This document shows positions 28,704-42,772 of a stretch of DNA of 64,000 nucleotides, in pieces. The DNA comes from Eledone cirrhosa (lineage: Eukaryota): the NCBI GenBank assembly GCA_964016885.1, contig OZ024746.1:87358001-87422000 (forward strand). Reading direction: 5' to 3'. A model generated the notes under the pieces. That model saw only the letters and a program-made list of their open reading frames with translations. It made no database searches and was not told where the DNA came from. The translations under genes and the position numbers were made by a program. Each line of letters opens with the position of its first letter. The stretch's first letter is position 1.

Positions 28704-28710
<7 letters not shown>
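28235..28710. mobile_element. Family C (TA)n-embedded repeat, partial tandem
   Basis: ttagaaaatgagg..ccgaggtgtcctacacgagtg..cagttgcattttcgatttcatc; second partial copy at 28561-28710, another copy at 63101-63281. Confidence 0.75.
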
Positions 28711-28744
<34 letters not shown>

Positions 28745-28777
28745 TATACACATATATATATACATACATATATATAT

Positions 28778-28869
<92 letters not shown>

Positions 28870-29209
28870 GTAAGAGATGGAGATAGAGAGGGAAAGAGAA
28901 TTTGTGTGAGCATTATCGATGACATTTTAAAAACTATAAGCTGTTTGTGATGTTTTATAATGATAATTTGTTATATTTGTTATCAGATTCATAAACAAAC
29001 CTACAATAAACCTGAATGGGATTTCCACTAACAATTATATCGATTTATAGTTGTCTTCACGTCTGAATTAATTTTGAAATCGGTATGTTGTAAATGTATT
29101 ACACATTTGAGAAATACGTGCATGCATATGTTGAATTGCTTTTTTCTGTCCACGAATATCCGTGGTTTTCTCTTCAAACAAAACATTTTTCTAAATCTTA
29201 CATATGCAA
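28870..29209. repeat. Rearranged copy of 24135-24523 (direct part plus inverted part)
   Basis: 28870-28989 matches 24135-24252 directly; 28987-29209 is the reverse complement of 24301-24523. Confidence 0.85.
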
Positions 29210-29229
29210 CTACGATAAATCTACGATAT

Positions 29230-29310
<81 letters not shown>

Positions 29311-30159
29311 CCTCAATGTTGCCATTGACTGACCGAGCAAGTTAGATGACCGATATAAAAGACAGCGAGAAGCGAAAACCAACCAAACAGTGAGTGTGTT
29401 CTGTTATTAATTCTGGCAATATTACACAAATATGACCCTCCCCAAGTATAACAATATTTGTTTCGACACACGATTTCATATAAAAAACTATATAAATATA
29501 TATATATATATATATATGCATATATTAATTTATAAAGATACGTTCCTCTAATACTAAGACAGCTGAATGAAAGGATAAGATAGATAAATAAACTCAGAGG
29601 AGTAATAGATATTAAACGTAAGCCAAAATCTCAGTTTGGGAGGGATATAACCTTTGAGAATTTGGCTTCAATTTAATATATTTTATTACATTTCCGAGTA
29701 GATAATTTATTAATATATCTTATCCTTTCATCGAGATGTCTACGTGTTAGAGACAGTTCAATTCATAGATTAATATTAACTGTTCCACCATTGTGTAGCA
29801 GATATCGACGGTTATGTTTCCTATTTCCAGTATCAATATAAGCCTGCCGTATTACCCTAATACATGGAGTGGGGTATATTTATATATCAATTCACTGACG
29901 CAACACCTTGTTCACCATCGGATCTGGCAACGACATGGTATGTATTCACTTTGCCTTCTTATTACAAATAATTCCTCTCGTGATGCAGGAAAGATAATTC
30001 ATTCAATATTGTTAATTCCAATGTCTTGGAAAGATTATTGCTGCTTTCAGATTTTCAGGAACATGGGTCAAGGAACTGTATAAGTAAAACTTATTTGTAC
30101 AGGTCCAAAAAAAATCCCACACATTTAATATATATATGTATATATAAATATATATAAGT

Positions 30160-30352
30160 AAAGAGGTGTGGTAAGGAACCAGATGGACCATAACGCACAA
30201 AAGAAAACGATACTTAGGATAGTAGAGTGGGTAGTAGGAAAAGGTTTAACGCCGACGGCCGTCCCGACGCCGTCTCGACGGCTATTTCTGTAAGACTATT
30301 AGAATCCAGTATTGGCCCTCGAAACGGCTTGAGCTCTGCCGTCGGGGCTATA
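30160..30352 (-). mobile_element. Family A fold-back copy (diverged)
   Basis: gtggtaaggaaccagatggaccataacgcac..gacggctatttctg..tcgaaacggcttgagctctgccgtcgggg. Confidence 0.75.
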
Positions 30353-30359
30353 CGTTTTT

Positions 30360-30442
<83 letters not shown>

Positions 30443-30533
30443 AGTATATGCTGGTTGTTTACCAACAGCTCGTATGCAGATTGGAGCACTCGACGAAGTA
30501 CGCAGGTTGGATTGTTTACTCCGGAGTAATGTT

Positions 30534-30803
30534 AAATAATTAAGTCAAATATGTAAAATTTGTCTTCGTTTATTATAAATTATATATTTCGGTGACAGCC
30601 ATCATTGGCTGTGACCTCTTCAGGCAGTCCGAATAGATGTGGGTAAAGCACACTTCAACAACATGTGTACCTGTTGTTCTCACACCAATTCGGACTGCCT
30701 GAAGAGGCCACAGGCAATGATGGCTGTCACCGAAATATATATAGCAGTATATCTATAATCTATAACAAACTAAGGGAAATTTTACATATTTGACTTAATT
30801 ATT
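30534..30803. repeat. Inverted repeat with hammerhead core in both arms
   Basis: 30534-30634 is the imperfect reverse complement of 30688-30803, with a ~53-nt spacer. Confidence 0.85.
30694..30748 (+). ncRNA. Type I hammerhead ribozyme motif, intact core
   Basis: ACTGC-CTGAAGA-GGccACAGgC(aatgat)GGCTGTcaCC-GAAA-TATATA-TA-GCAGT; stem I ACTGC/GCAGT, palindromic stem III, AUA triplet. Confidence 0.8.
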
Positions 30804-30812
30804 TTATATATA

Positions 30813-32043
<1,231 letters not shown>

Positions 32044-33755
32044 GTGTGTGTGTGTGTTTATGTGTGAGCATGAGTGTGTGTATGTGTGCGTATGTACTAA
32101 TTATCTAACATCTTCAGGAAGCATTACCATATTGTTATGAATATTGACTCTCACACATATGCACACACATACATTCATCAATCTATATATACTGTGTTTG
32201 TTTCCGCATACATTCAGAGACATCACGTTTATTTTCTACGGATTATTGTTGCTGCGAGATACACGACTGATAGAGTGTGTTAATGTAAATAATACAGTCG
32301 AGTACTATATATAGTTCCTTTGAGAATCGGATGAATTAGTCTTGTGTGTATTAACGAGACTAGTAGCCACAATACACATTGACCAAAGGAAAGATTCCTA
32401 CATTATATATGAATTTCTTTAATATTGATCACTTCCATAGTTCGAGTATTTGCATTATTTTCATTAGCTATCTAATTTAGCAGGAGTTGGATGTCATAGA
32501 TAAATTGTGTAACAACCCTATCCAACACCAACATAGTACTAGCCAAATCTAGCCAAAATCACACCAGACGAAATATAAAAACCTAATTTAATAAAGTTTA
32601 AGTGAAATATGACACACTACATTGGTATTAAGAGTATGAGCTTGTTCACTATATAAACACATTCAGTGCCTTCTATCTGTTGGGTTATGGTTACCAGCAG
32701 GAACTAGAAGCATATAATCTGTGGTGCACTAAAGATAATTCTATCATGAAAAGAAAATATACTTACAGGAGATCGTAGTCCCCAGATTATCAGATGCATG
32801 GAAAAAATAGATATAAACTTTCCTTAAACAACGAAATATAACAAGTCTGAGCTAACCGAAGCGTACGCAGTGTGTGTGACGGTGACGATCACATGAACTA
32901 TGAAAAAACATAATTTCAAATATCACATGTACATTTTTATTTACTATATTCAATGTAATTAGTAATTATTGTAGATAAAATTTGACCCTATATCCTAACT
33001 CACGATATTCGCTTTCTATTTTCCTTTTCACTTTCAGTCGTATTGATATAAGATGACGTGGTAATAAAAAAATACCACCGGCTATGTGAACTGCATATTA
33101 ATGATTGTGTGTTGTTTACCATATATCGTGAGATTGCTGTAGTTTTCTCATTCGTAATAAATATAAACAAATTTAGTCAATAATCATCGGGGGAAAGACC
33201 AAATTATAATATTTACATATGTTAATCATATACAATATTAATGGAGCTTGAGCAAATATTCGTTTTCTTTTTCTTTTCTTTCTATCATGTTTTTGATGAA
33301 TTAAATTACTTAATTTTCATGTTGTTCATTTGTATTTTTATTTATGTTACTTACGAGTAAAGTTATACCTCTTGTCGGATTTTCTGACATCAGTAATTGA
33401 CTCTTAACTAATATTAGTAATTATACCAATAAGATGATTTTTCATATTTTCTTAATCGTTGATTCGGTAAAACAATATTTATTTACCTCTTTCAAATATT
33501 TCATTTTGCATTATTGCTGCTTCATTTCATGTAACTTTCCACATTTCCTACTCAATTGCTTTTCCGATTGTTCTGAAGATGTCTGTATATTCCAACTCCG
33601 GAGACATTTTTAATGTCATAATTAGTATAAAGTATTAGTATGAAATATATATATATATATAGATAAATATATTGAATTTTTAATTATTTTACGCATCACT
33701 AAATATGTAGTGCCATTTGCTGTCCATGAACTATTACAAGCATTAAATGGCCTGT

Positions 33756-33810
<55 letters not shown>

Positions 33811-33925
33811 AACACCTGTTGACAACGTGATTCCACGTTCGATCTTCATACAGTACAGATTTGCTTATTGCGCAAATTTGGATTGTTGATATAGATTTCA
33901 CAGAAACTAACCGAACATATTATAT

Positions 33926-34107
33926 AATTGTTTTTACTTTTTGGCACAAGGCCAGCAATTTCCCAGTGCATTACTGGTACTTAATTTTATCGACCCCGTA
34001 AGGATGAAAGGCAAAGTTAACCTCGGCGGGATTCGAACTCAGAATGGCAAGGGCCGTAACTATGCGTCAAAGCATGGCGACCGACCCTCTACGGATACTG
34101 CCAATCC
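33926..34107 (-). mobile_element. tRNA-derived SINE (Meta-type core), near full length
   Basis: Minus strand: A-box-like tggcagtatccgt, B-box gagttcgaatccc, core gcctttcatccttacggggtcgataaaattaagtaccag, tail ggccttgtgcca. Confidence 0.85.
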
Positions 34108-34350
34108 AAATAATATCTAACGAGTAGTTCCAGGTCTGTATCAACTTGTTTGTTTTTTCGCCGCTGTTCAATGTGTACACCTTTAGCGTATGTTAATTAC
34201 TCTGCGATTCAATTTCACGGTGTATCGATATCATCTTATTGAGTGTTACGTCCAAAGCTCCAGAATATTGTTATTTCGTAGGACGCGAGTGATATGCAAC
34301 TTCGAATGTATTAATACACACACACAAACACGCACATACCCACACTCACA

Positions 34351-34443
<93 letters not shown>

Positions 34444-34782
34444 TTAATAAAATAACAGATTAAAGTTTAAGCAAATAATCGCAACTTTCACCCTTAACGG
34501 GATCTTCTGAAACCCAAAAAATCAATCTGTGAACACAGTAGTAAATATTTCGAAAAACATTGCAACCGAAGGAAGACAGGAAGACGATACTTTGGTTCGT
34601 GGAAACGTTCCCTGGCAAGGAACCGAAAAAACGAAGATAATACGTCAATATTTGGAGCGGTGAAAACAGATACACGTAAAGACCAAACCACGTTTTATTA
34701 TATATTTGATATATATCTATCCTTATGGAACCCTCTTTGGGATATAGTCTTCAAATTTATTATTATTGCTATAATATATATG

Positions 34783-34861
<79 letters not shown>

Positions 34862-34953
34862 TACCAATAATAGTAAATTTGAAGACCAAAACCAAAAGAG
34901 GGTTCCATAAGGAAAAATATATATCAAATATATAAGAAAACTTGGTTTGGTCT
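34444..34953. mobile_element. Family B pieces, including ~90-bp inverted arms facing a (TA)n tract
   Basis: 34681-34772 is the reverse complement of 34862-34952; degenerate minus-strand hammerhead at 34475-34512. Confidence 0.7.
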
Positions 34954-34957
34954 CAAA

Positions 34958-35325
34958 TATAGATTAAAATAGGCACTCCAAAAATTCTCATTTAGAGAAA
35001 ATAAGCCATATACTCATTGTATTCTCATTAAAAACCTTCTATATACTTGTTTACCAGCAAATTGAATTGCCATCTGTCATATACTATCCCTTCTCTTCTT
35101 CCTTTCTTACAACTAATATAAATACTTTGATTTTTCTGATTTTTTCCAATTTATCCAATATCTCTGAATCAGTGACAACTGATTATACATTTGCTATCGA
35201 ATACTTACTAACATTATCTGATTACGCAATCAGCGATACATAGGTATTCCGTGTTACAGAAACATATGTCAATACCTAATAAATTTCTTTATAAAAGCAC
35301 TTTCATTTTATATTCATCTTTTCTA
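34958..35325 (+). mobile_element. Solo 3' terminal repeat of the Penelope-like element at 42.8-45.0 kb
   Basis: Aligns with 44660-45017 (agattaaaat.ggcactcc...aaagcactttcattttatattcatc.tttc) and ends in (TA)n. Confidence 0.85.
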
Positions 35326-37399
35326 TATATATATATATATTTGGCATAATATATGTAGACCAATTTTACATTTAGCTCATAATTTCAATGATGTTTCTTG
35401 TTGTCTCACCATTTGCAGCTGTCTGTGTATATATTTATTCGTCTTATAGTTGGTAATAAATCTATTGTATTTGTTTATAATCCCGAGGACATACATTTTA
35501 CTTTATATTTATTCATGTGTTAAAGCAATCCATATTTATTTGCATTCAATCTTTCCAAGATATTTAAAAACATCTTTTTTTTTGTGTGCATCATAGGACA
35601 TCACTGAGATGGTGGTAAAGAATATATATCTGTGTAGGCGTTAGGCGGCTGTATTCTAAATACAGTCATTAGATTTATTATTTCTCTGTCTAGAATACAT
35701 AATTTGCGTAATTTCCTATCCACTCTATTGTAACTATAACTTACTTCTACATTAGTTTTACATTGATATAATGCCTTGAAATTTTGCTTAGATCATCGTT
35801 AATTATCAGTATATTAATATATTATATTTCGTGCTTAACTTTCATGTCTGCTCTGTTGTGGTGGATTATTGATTCATGAACTCTAATAATTAGCACATTT
35901 AGAGTAAAATTGCTTTGTGGCGCACGTGCGAAAGACACTATCCCACGCCAACCATTTGAGGTGAGGGATATCATCACATATCCCAAAAGGTAGCGTGCTC
36001 CGACAATATTCTCCATGAATACAAGATTACAGTTACTGACACATGTACTTGTGTAATGTTTTATTTCTCTTTCATTCCCACAGTTAAAAAGAACAAATAT
36101 TCAAGCACGTTGCAATGCTTTGATTTGTGTAGATGGATTATTGCATGTGAAAAATAGAAGTTATGGTAAACACTATTGATATAATTTTGCCATGAAGTTA
36201 CTTCTTACGTATGACATCTCAACGTAATATATTTTAGACTAAATACCCTCCTTGTAAGACTGCTCGATATAATGCGGTGCTAGTAAACCAGATGTGTGGC
36301 CCCACCATCACGCAGGGTGGGGTACGATTAATTTGAAAGAATATTCATATGTCTTTCATCGCTAGGACTTCATATCCATATGCTTTAATGAGAATAGATA
36401 AATTCCAACATTTACATTTAAAAAGATAGAAATCAATATTGTTTTTGCAAGAGGTTTATAATTCTATTTCAAATGAATATCCTTTGCTGTCTTATTTTCA
36501 AATCCTAGGAAAATGTAGATAATATATACTTTCTGGTGTCTACATTGCAAGAAACACGTTGATGAGATTTAAATATGATTCAATAGTCTAGTCTATATAT
36601 TATTTCATTGATTGCATGGTATTTCATATATTTGATCACAATTAAAAGCAAGACGTAACCAATCTACATAACTCAAACTGTGTGTACTGCATCAATGCCC
36701 ATTACATATTCGTGTATAATAACTTTCAAGACAGTATCTCACATGTTTATGAAGCGTATAATGTCAAAAGCGTATAAGACTAAACATGTATCCTCAGTCT
36801 ATAAAACATCTTCACTACCCTACCTAGACTACGTCTAAAATAGTTCTGATCATTAAATCCGTAATTTGGTACGACTGTGAACGGTTCTTAGGAAGTAATA
36901 ATAGACTCATTTGATAGTTGGGAAGGGCTCAGATTTGAATAATACATCGCTATCTCTAGAGCATGTTGCCACTTATTCATGGCATGTTTGTTTAAATTGT
37001 GAGGTAACGTCAATTACACAACATAGATGATATACGTTGTCCACCTCCAATATGTCGGGTTTGTTTAGATAAATCACCTGGTTCTTTGAATTGGGAAATC
37101 CCAGGTACTTTATGTCTATAGTTTCATCAAAGTTGCTACAAATTTGTAACAACGGAGACATGCGCTCATTTCTAAGACTACCGGTCGAATGTATTACCAA
37201 GGTTCGATCTTGGCTGCGTGTATGGAGAACTCTAACCCATATTTCTATTAGTCGCCTATTATTTTTATAATCGTTGTTGTGTTATTTCGTTTAGCTTAGT
37301 TCTGTTTCTATATTGTCGGATTCATGCCTTGCACCTAGGGCAGTAGTTAATTTCATTGTAGAGAGATAACTCGTTTGGCAATATGTTCTGTTCCTAATA

Positions 37400-38095
37400 G
37401 AACGATCTCATATTTGCTGATCTGGCAGGGTAGGATACTAATGTGAGGCCTGATGATTTTGGTATTAATCACAATTTTCCTATTACCAAAAAGATATTGT
37501 GTGTGGTCACCTTCCAGATACGGTTGATCTCTATTTCCATATCTTTGCATTTTTAACAGTTTTTCCATTGCTTTTATAGACATATTTTTGTTAGCTATTA
37601 CGGAAATGCCTATAAGGCTGCATGTCCGATCAACTTTGTTTCTTTCTCTGATGATACCTGGCATACCCAACACGATAGAATTGTTGCACTTTTCCATGAG
37701 AGTTTTTGGTGGATGTTAATACCATTTGTCAGTAATGTGGATGTCATGAGAGCGGCCGAGCATCCAGTCTACATATTTAGCAATGTGGTTGTGTCTTTCG
37801 ATATCGTCAGATTTGGCCAGCAGTCGTCCGGTAGATAACATGATCTACCGTTTCTTCATGTTTGTAGCATCTTCTGCATAGAGGGCTAGTCCTATCCATT
37901 CACTATTCTGGGTCTATAGGCCGGACTGTCTAGAAATGTTTCTCCTTCAGTCTATAGCTTCAAACCAGCACTTCTGAGCCAAGATAATGAGCCATGCTGA
38001 TCGATATCATTGTCAGAAAGTCGTTCTGAGTATCTAACATGTAATGGTTTTGCCTTCCATTCAGGGTTTTGTTCCTCTGTTTGGATTTTTTTCTT
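37400..38095 (-). mobile_element. R4/Dong-like non-LTR retrotransposon C-terminal fragment (Zn knuckle plus RLE), degenerate
   Basis: Minus strand pieces CRRCYKHEETVDHVI, LAKSDDIERHNHIAKYVDW, HPPKTLMEK, DRTCSLIGISV, KAMEKL. Confidence 0.65.
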
Positions 38096-38518
38096 TGATC
38101 TTCACAGTCAAAGCGATTATAATTATAATAGTATATATTAACTATAATAAGTAAGGAGTGCGGGACTGCGTACGGTTTATTTCTTTTAATACAGTTAGTA
38201 AAATAAGTTGGATTACTTTGAATAAATAATAAATGAATATTACATACTTTATGTAGTAAGTTTCTGAATTATTTATTAAATTTAATATAAATAATTTTAT
38301 TGCTTATCTAAAACTGACTTCTTTACAAAGTTTCAAATGTCTATACTTTCGCTATATCGTCGCCACAACCACCACTTCAACTACCGTATATTTAGAAGAG
38401 AGAGTGTGTGATGGAAGAGATACAGAAAGATAGATTGATTATGAATTTCAGTACGCTGACGCATATGTGTGTGTACGTGCACATACATACATCTATATAT
38501 ATGAGTATATAACTATAA

Positions 38519-38890
38519 AGGCCAGACAGTATGACCATCTTCCCGTTCCACGATGGCAAACCCCTCGTCTGGGATGCCACTTGCAGTGACGCTTTCACTA
38601 GCCGCGACCTGTTGCAGTCTCCGACTAGCCCAGGTACTGCTGCACGTGGGACTGAGGAGGACATACTCTCCAAGCACCGGTCGCTCTCCGACAGGTTCGC
38701 GGTCGACCCTTGACAGTGGAGATCTCTGGTGTCCCTGGCCGTAGGGCTACCTCCCTATTCACTACCATAGGCGCTGAGCTGGCCAGCCGCAAGTGGCGGC
38801 CTCGCGAGTCGGAAAGCCTCTTCCAGCGCATCTCCCTTACTATCCTCCGGGGAAATGCATTCTCTATCCTGTCCGCCGGGTCTGTGGGGA
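38519..38890 (+). mobile_element. CRE-like non-LTR retrotransposon restriction-like endonuclease fragment
   Basis: RPDSMTIFPFHDGKPLVWDATCSD...SKHRSLSDRF / VEISGVPG...PRESESLFQRISLTILRGNAFSIL. Confidence 0.8.
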
Positions 38891-39464
38891 GGCCAGCACG
38901 TGGGACCACATTTGCTCACCATACGGATTAACAACAGTGTTTGTCATGAATTTTTCTTTACATAACAATAAGATACAAACAAACACTATTGTAAGTATAT
39001 AACTATAATCGCGCAAATACGAACTTTTAAAATCACACGCTCACAGACATACATCCACGCAAATCCATATACTTTCACACATATACATTTACACAAACAC
39101 ACATTCACACATACATATTTACACAAACATGCACGTACAGTCATGAAGCAGCGTTCGATGAATTGGAAATGGGAGGATAATACAAGTATAACGTTATATT
39201 TATTTATTAACAACAGAGCTTAACTCTTTTTTATTTTTTTTATCATTTGTATAAAAATAATGCTTACAGAATGATAACACTAACAAATATAATATATACA
39301 AAGGAAATGGCAAGGAGAAAAAGAAAGAGTAAACATACACAAGCACGTAGTACACACATCTTAGACCACATAGAACAAAATGTAGGTGAAAGAGTGTAAA
39401 AACGATAGGCTACCAGACCAAAAGGGAGTAATATAGCGAGGAGCACTGGGAAATCTCTCTAATA

Positions 39465-39905
39465 ATTTTCGAAGTAAGCCAGCATGATCGCAGCGTTACC
39501 TGGGGTGCTGGCGAGGATGTGGTGCTGGGACAACCAAGTGCCCTCACGAGCATCACCAGTTACCTCTGTTTGGCAAGCCGCCAGTGAAGATAAGAACCAC
39601 GCTGTCTGTAGCCTGACTCCTCCAAACGTCTCGAACGCCACAGGTTGGACAATGTAGTTAGCTCACAGAACACGGTATTTTAGCATTTTGTTCCGTTCAG
39701 CTGAGGATGTTGTAGCTTTCGTACTTATCGCTGCATCCATAATGTGGGGAGAAGCAAAAGGGTCACTCTCTGTGACGTCTCAGGTAAGGCACCTGCCTCT
39801 TGACCAGGAGCACAGAGTAAGACCGTTAAGTCTTTTCCCATCAATTAATGACAACACAGATGGTTCCAAATTTGGGGTGATGTTTGCGCGGGCCAAAGCT
39901 CTTAA
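39465..39905 (-). mobile_element. Second, diverged CRE-like RLE fragment
   Basis: Minus strand: RALARANITPNLEPSVLSLIDGKRLNGLTLCSWSRGRCLT*DVT...AFETFG...TGDAREGTWLSQ...GNAAIML. Confidence 0.75.
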
Positions 39906-40084
39906 GTGGTAATAGGACAGACTGTGTATGTGCACGAACCTGATTTTGTCAGCGTTCTTAAATTAGAAACATATGTGTCACGGTTTTAATGTTAGAGACA
40001 TATATGTGTGTATCCCTTTCCTTCCTTTTACACACACATACATTCACACAAAAGCACATACACATTGTGTGATGGACTGGAGGA

Positions 40085-40515
40085 CTAAGTCCCTAACATT
40101 TATTTACATGTGAATGGAGTTCTATTGAAGCAGTTAGTGAAGTTCAAGTATCTTGGAGCCGTGTCCATGAGTGATGGAATGAATAAGGCTCAATTAAGTG
40201 CAATAATTTAAAAAGCTGATGCAGTAATGCGCCAGCCTCAGCATTCAGGAATCAGAAGAAGGGAGGTAGGTGTAAAAGCCAAACTCGCTGTCTTCATGGT
40301 ATTCCTGCCAACTCTTACCGAGAATCATGAATCTTGAGTAATGGCCAACAGAATACAATTGCAAATAAAAGCGGCAGAAATGGGATTCCTACGAAGGGTC
40401 TTGGAGTACCGTTACTTGATAAAGTGCATAGCTCAGAGACCAGAGAGTCACTCCTGGTAGAGCCGCTACTCCTACGGATTGAGATATCCCAAATCTGATA
40501 TACCGGATATTTCAG
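40085..40515 (+). mobile_element. RTE-clade LINE fragment (RT C-terminus/thumb)
   Basis: KFKYLGAV..SDG, KAKLAVF, QIKAAEMGFLRRVLGVPLLDKVHSSETRESLLVEPLLLRIE. Confidence 0.8.
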
Positions 40516-41442
40516 TTAGGATGCAATCGAAAACAAGTCAACCTACATTTTAGGGAAGCATATGGTATATATTTATGATGTGAAATAGTATTGCAGTTAA
40601 TTATGTATGAATGTATGTTTTACTTTAACGGTTTACACATTTTCGTATTTTTTTCCTGTAAACTGACGAAGCACTTTTTTTTTTGTATCAATGTATCCGC
40701 AAGTTGTTTCATTTTCTTTGCTAAATATTGAAACTCTAAGGATAAATCGCACCTTGGTTTCTTCGATTATTTAGTTTACTGTAAAGTTTGTGCAGGATAT
40801 TTCTTTTTACGTATATGTCTACGCTTGTAGAACACATATTTTGTTTTATTGAATCAGCTCTTTTGTCGGGAGTGTCCCATCTTCATAATTCCTCCAGTTA
40901 TATTAATTTACATACGTTCTTATTTGTACAAAACCTATTAACCCCGAGGAAACAGAAAACAATTGGAGATTGGAAAACAAAAATAACATTGTGACAAACA
41001 AACATGCATATCAATATCTAACACACATTAGAAAACAGATATTCTATTTTCATCAATCCATTGACATTTAGAAAATTAAGAATAAGAAAGAAATTATTAT
41101 AAAATACAGATAACTCTCAAATCAAACAAAGGAAAAATCGCTTCAGGAGCAAATTTATATTTAAGATAAGAAGCCTGACATATCAGGACAGGGGACTTAC
41201 GATTATCAAAATTATATTTGTAACTTCCTTTCTTAAATTGGCCTGTCAAAGATTAATAATTATCAGCAGCATCAAAAATAAAGCAATGCCATAAAACATT
41301 CAATAATAATGAAAACAGGAAAATCACACCAGTAACAATAATAAAGCCATTTTTAGTACTTTCGTCCGTTTGGTGATAAAATATCAACACATAAATGCCA
41401 TAATCAATAAAATCATACCAAAAACTGAGCAAAATAAATACA

Positions 41443-41493
<51 letters not shown>

Positions 41494-41564
41494 ATCTATA
41501 TGCATATATATATACACACACACACACATACACACACACACACATATATATATATATGTATATG

Positions 41565-41756
41565 AAAATGTCTGACTCCGACGGCAGAGCTCAAGCCCTT
41601 TCGACAGCTATTTCTGGAATCCAGAAATAGCCGTGAAAACGGCTTCAGCTCTGCCGTCGGGGTCAAGCATTTTCCTATTACCCACTCTACTACCCTAAGT
41701 ATTGAGGATTCTGGTGCGTCATGGTCCATTTGGTTCCTTACCACACCTCATTCGTT
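41565..41756 (+). mobile_element. Family A fold-back copy
   Basis: Palindrome centred on ctggaatccag (about 41619); long arm ends ttcgt-(TA)n. Confidence 0.85.
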
Positions 41757-42240
41757 ATATATATATACAAGAAGGTAGTACAGCATAATCGAAGCTCTGG
41801 CTGCGGGCAAGCTAACGAATGAAGTCTGGAGGTGCAGCCAAAAGCACTCAATAAGGAATGTTATCTTAGAGTTATAACATTACGTTTAGACAGCTATGAA
41901 AATTAAAGCCAGTGAGCGAAAAAGCGAGCCGCTAGGACCAGAACAACAAAAAATAACCGACTTAGGGAAAAGTTCGACTGTTACCTGGACCATCATGGAC
42001 ATATTACATAGTATTATATAACATCTCCACTAGGTTTCTCTGAATCCGAAATCATCAAAATCGATTAGCAGGCGCCTGCAATTTAATTGGGCTTTGGAAG
42101 ATAGAACAGTGGAATTTACTTCGACAACAAGTTTTCGTTCTGCCTCCGCCGGTTGCAAGAACTAGTAGTAAACACTGCTAGTAGTCACGGGGATTCTGCG
42201 AAGGGAGGTTACCCTCGGGTTGCGCGGTCAAATTCAAAAT

Positions 42241-42431
42241 AACGAAGGAGATACGGTAAGGAACCAAATGGACCATAATGCACCAGAGTACTCAATACTT
42301 AGGTTAGTAGAGTGGGTAATAGCAAAATGGTTGACACCGACGGCAGAGCTCAAGCCATTTCGACGGCTATTTCTGGATTCCAGAAATACCTGTCGAAACG
42401 GCTTGAGCTCTGCCGTCGGGGTCAAACATGT

Positions 42432-42432
<1 letters not shown>
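42241..42432 (-). mobile_element. Family A fold-back copy
   Basis: Palindrome centred on ctggattccag (about 42378); short arm abuts (TA)n. Confidence 0.85.
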
Positions 42433-42513
<81 letters not shown>

Positions 42514-42545
42514 ATATATGCATATACATATATATATGTATATAC

Positions 42546-42618
<73 letters not shown>

Positions 42619-42669
42619 AAATTAATGTAGAGTGATTTGAAGGTGTTGTTGTCTGTGTACATATATCTA

Positions 42670-42772
<103 letters not shown>

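Noticed and set aside
33573-33612. CTGAAGA followed by a hairpin; similar isolated boxes at 6879 and 40663
   Set aside because: No GAAA or closing stem I; expected by chance.
33926-34107. tRNA gene suggested by A and B boxes
   Set aside because: No cloverleaf; continues into SINE core and tail with several copies in the window.
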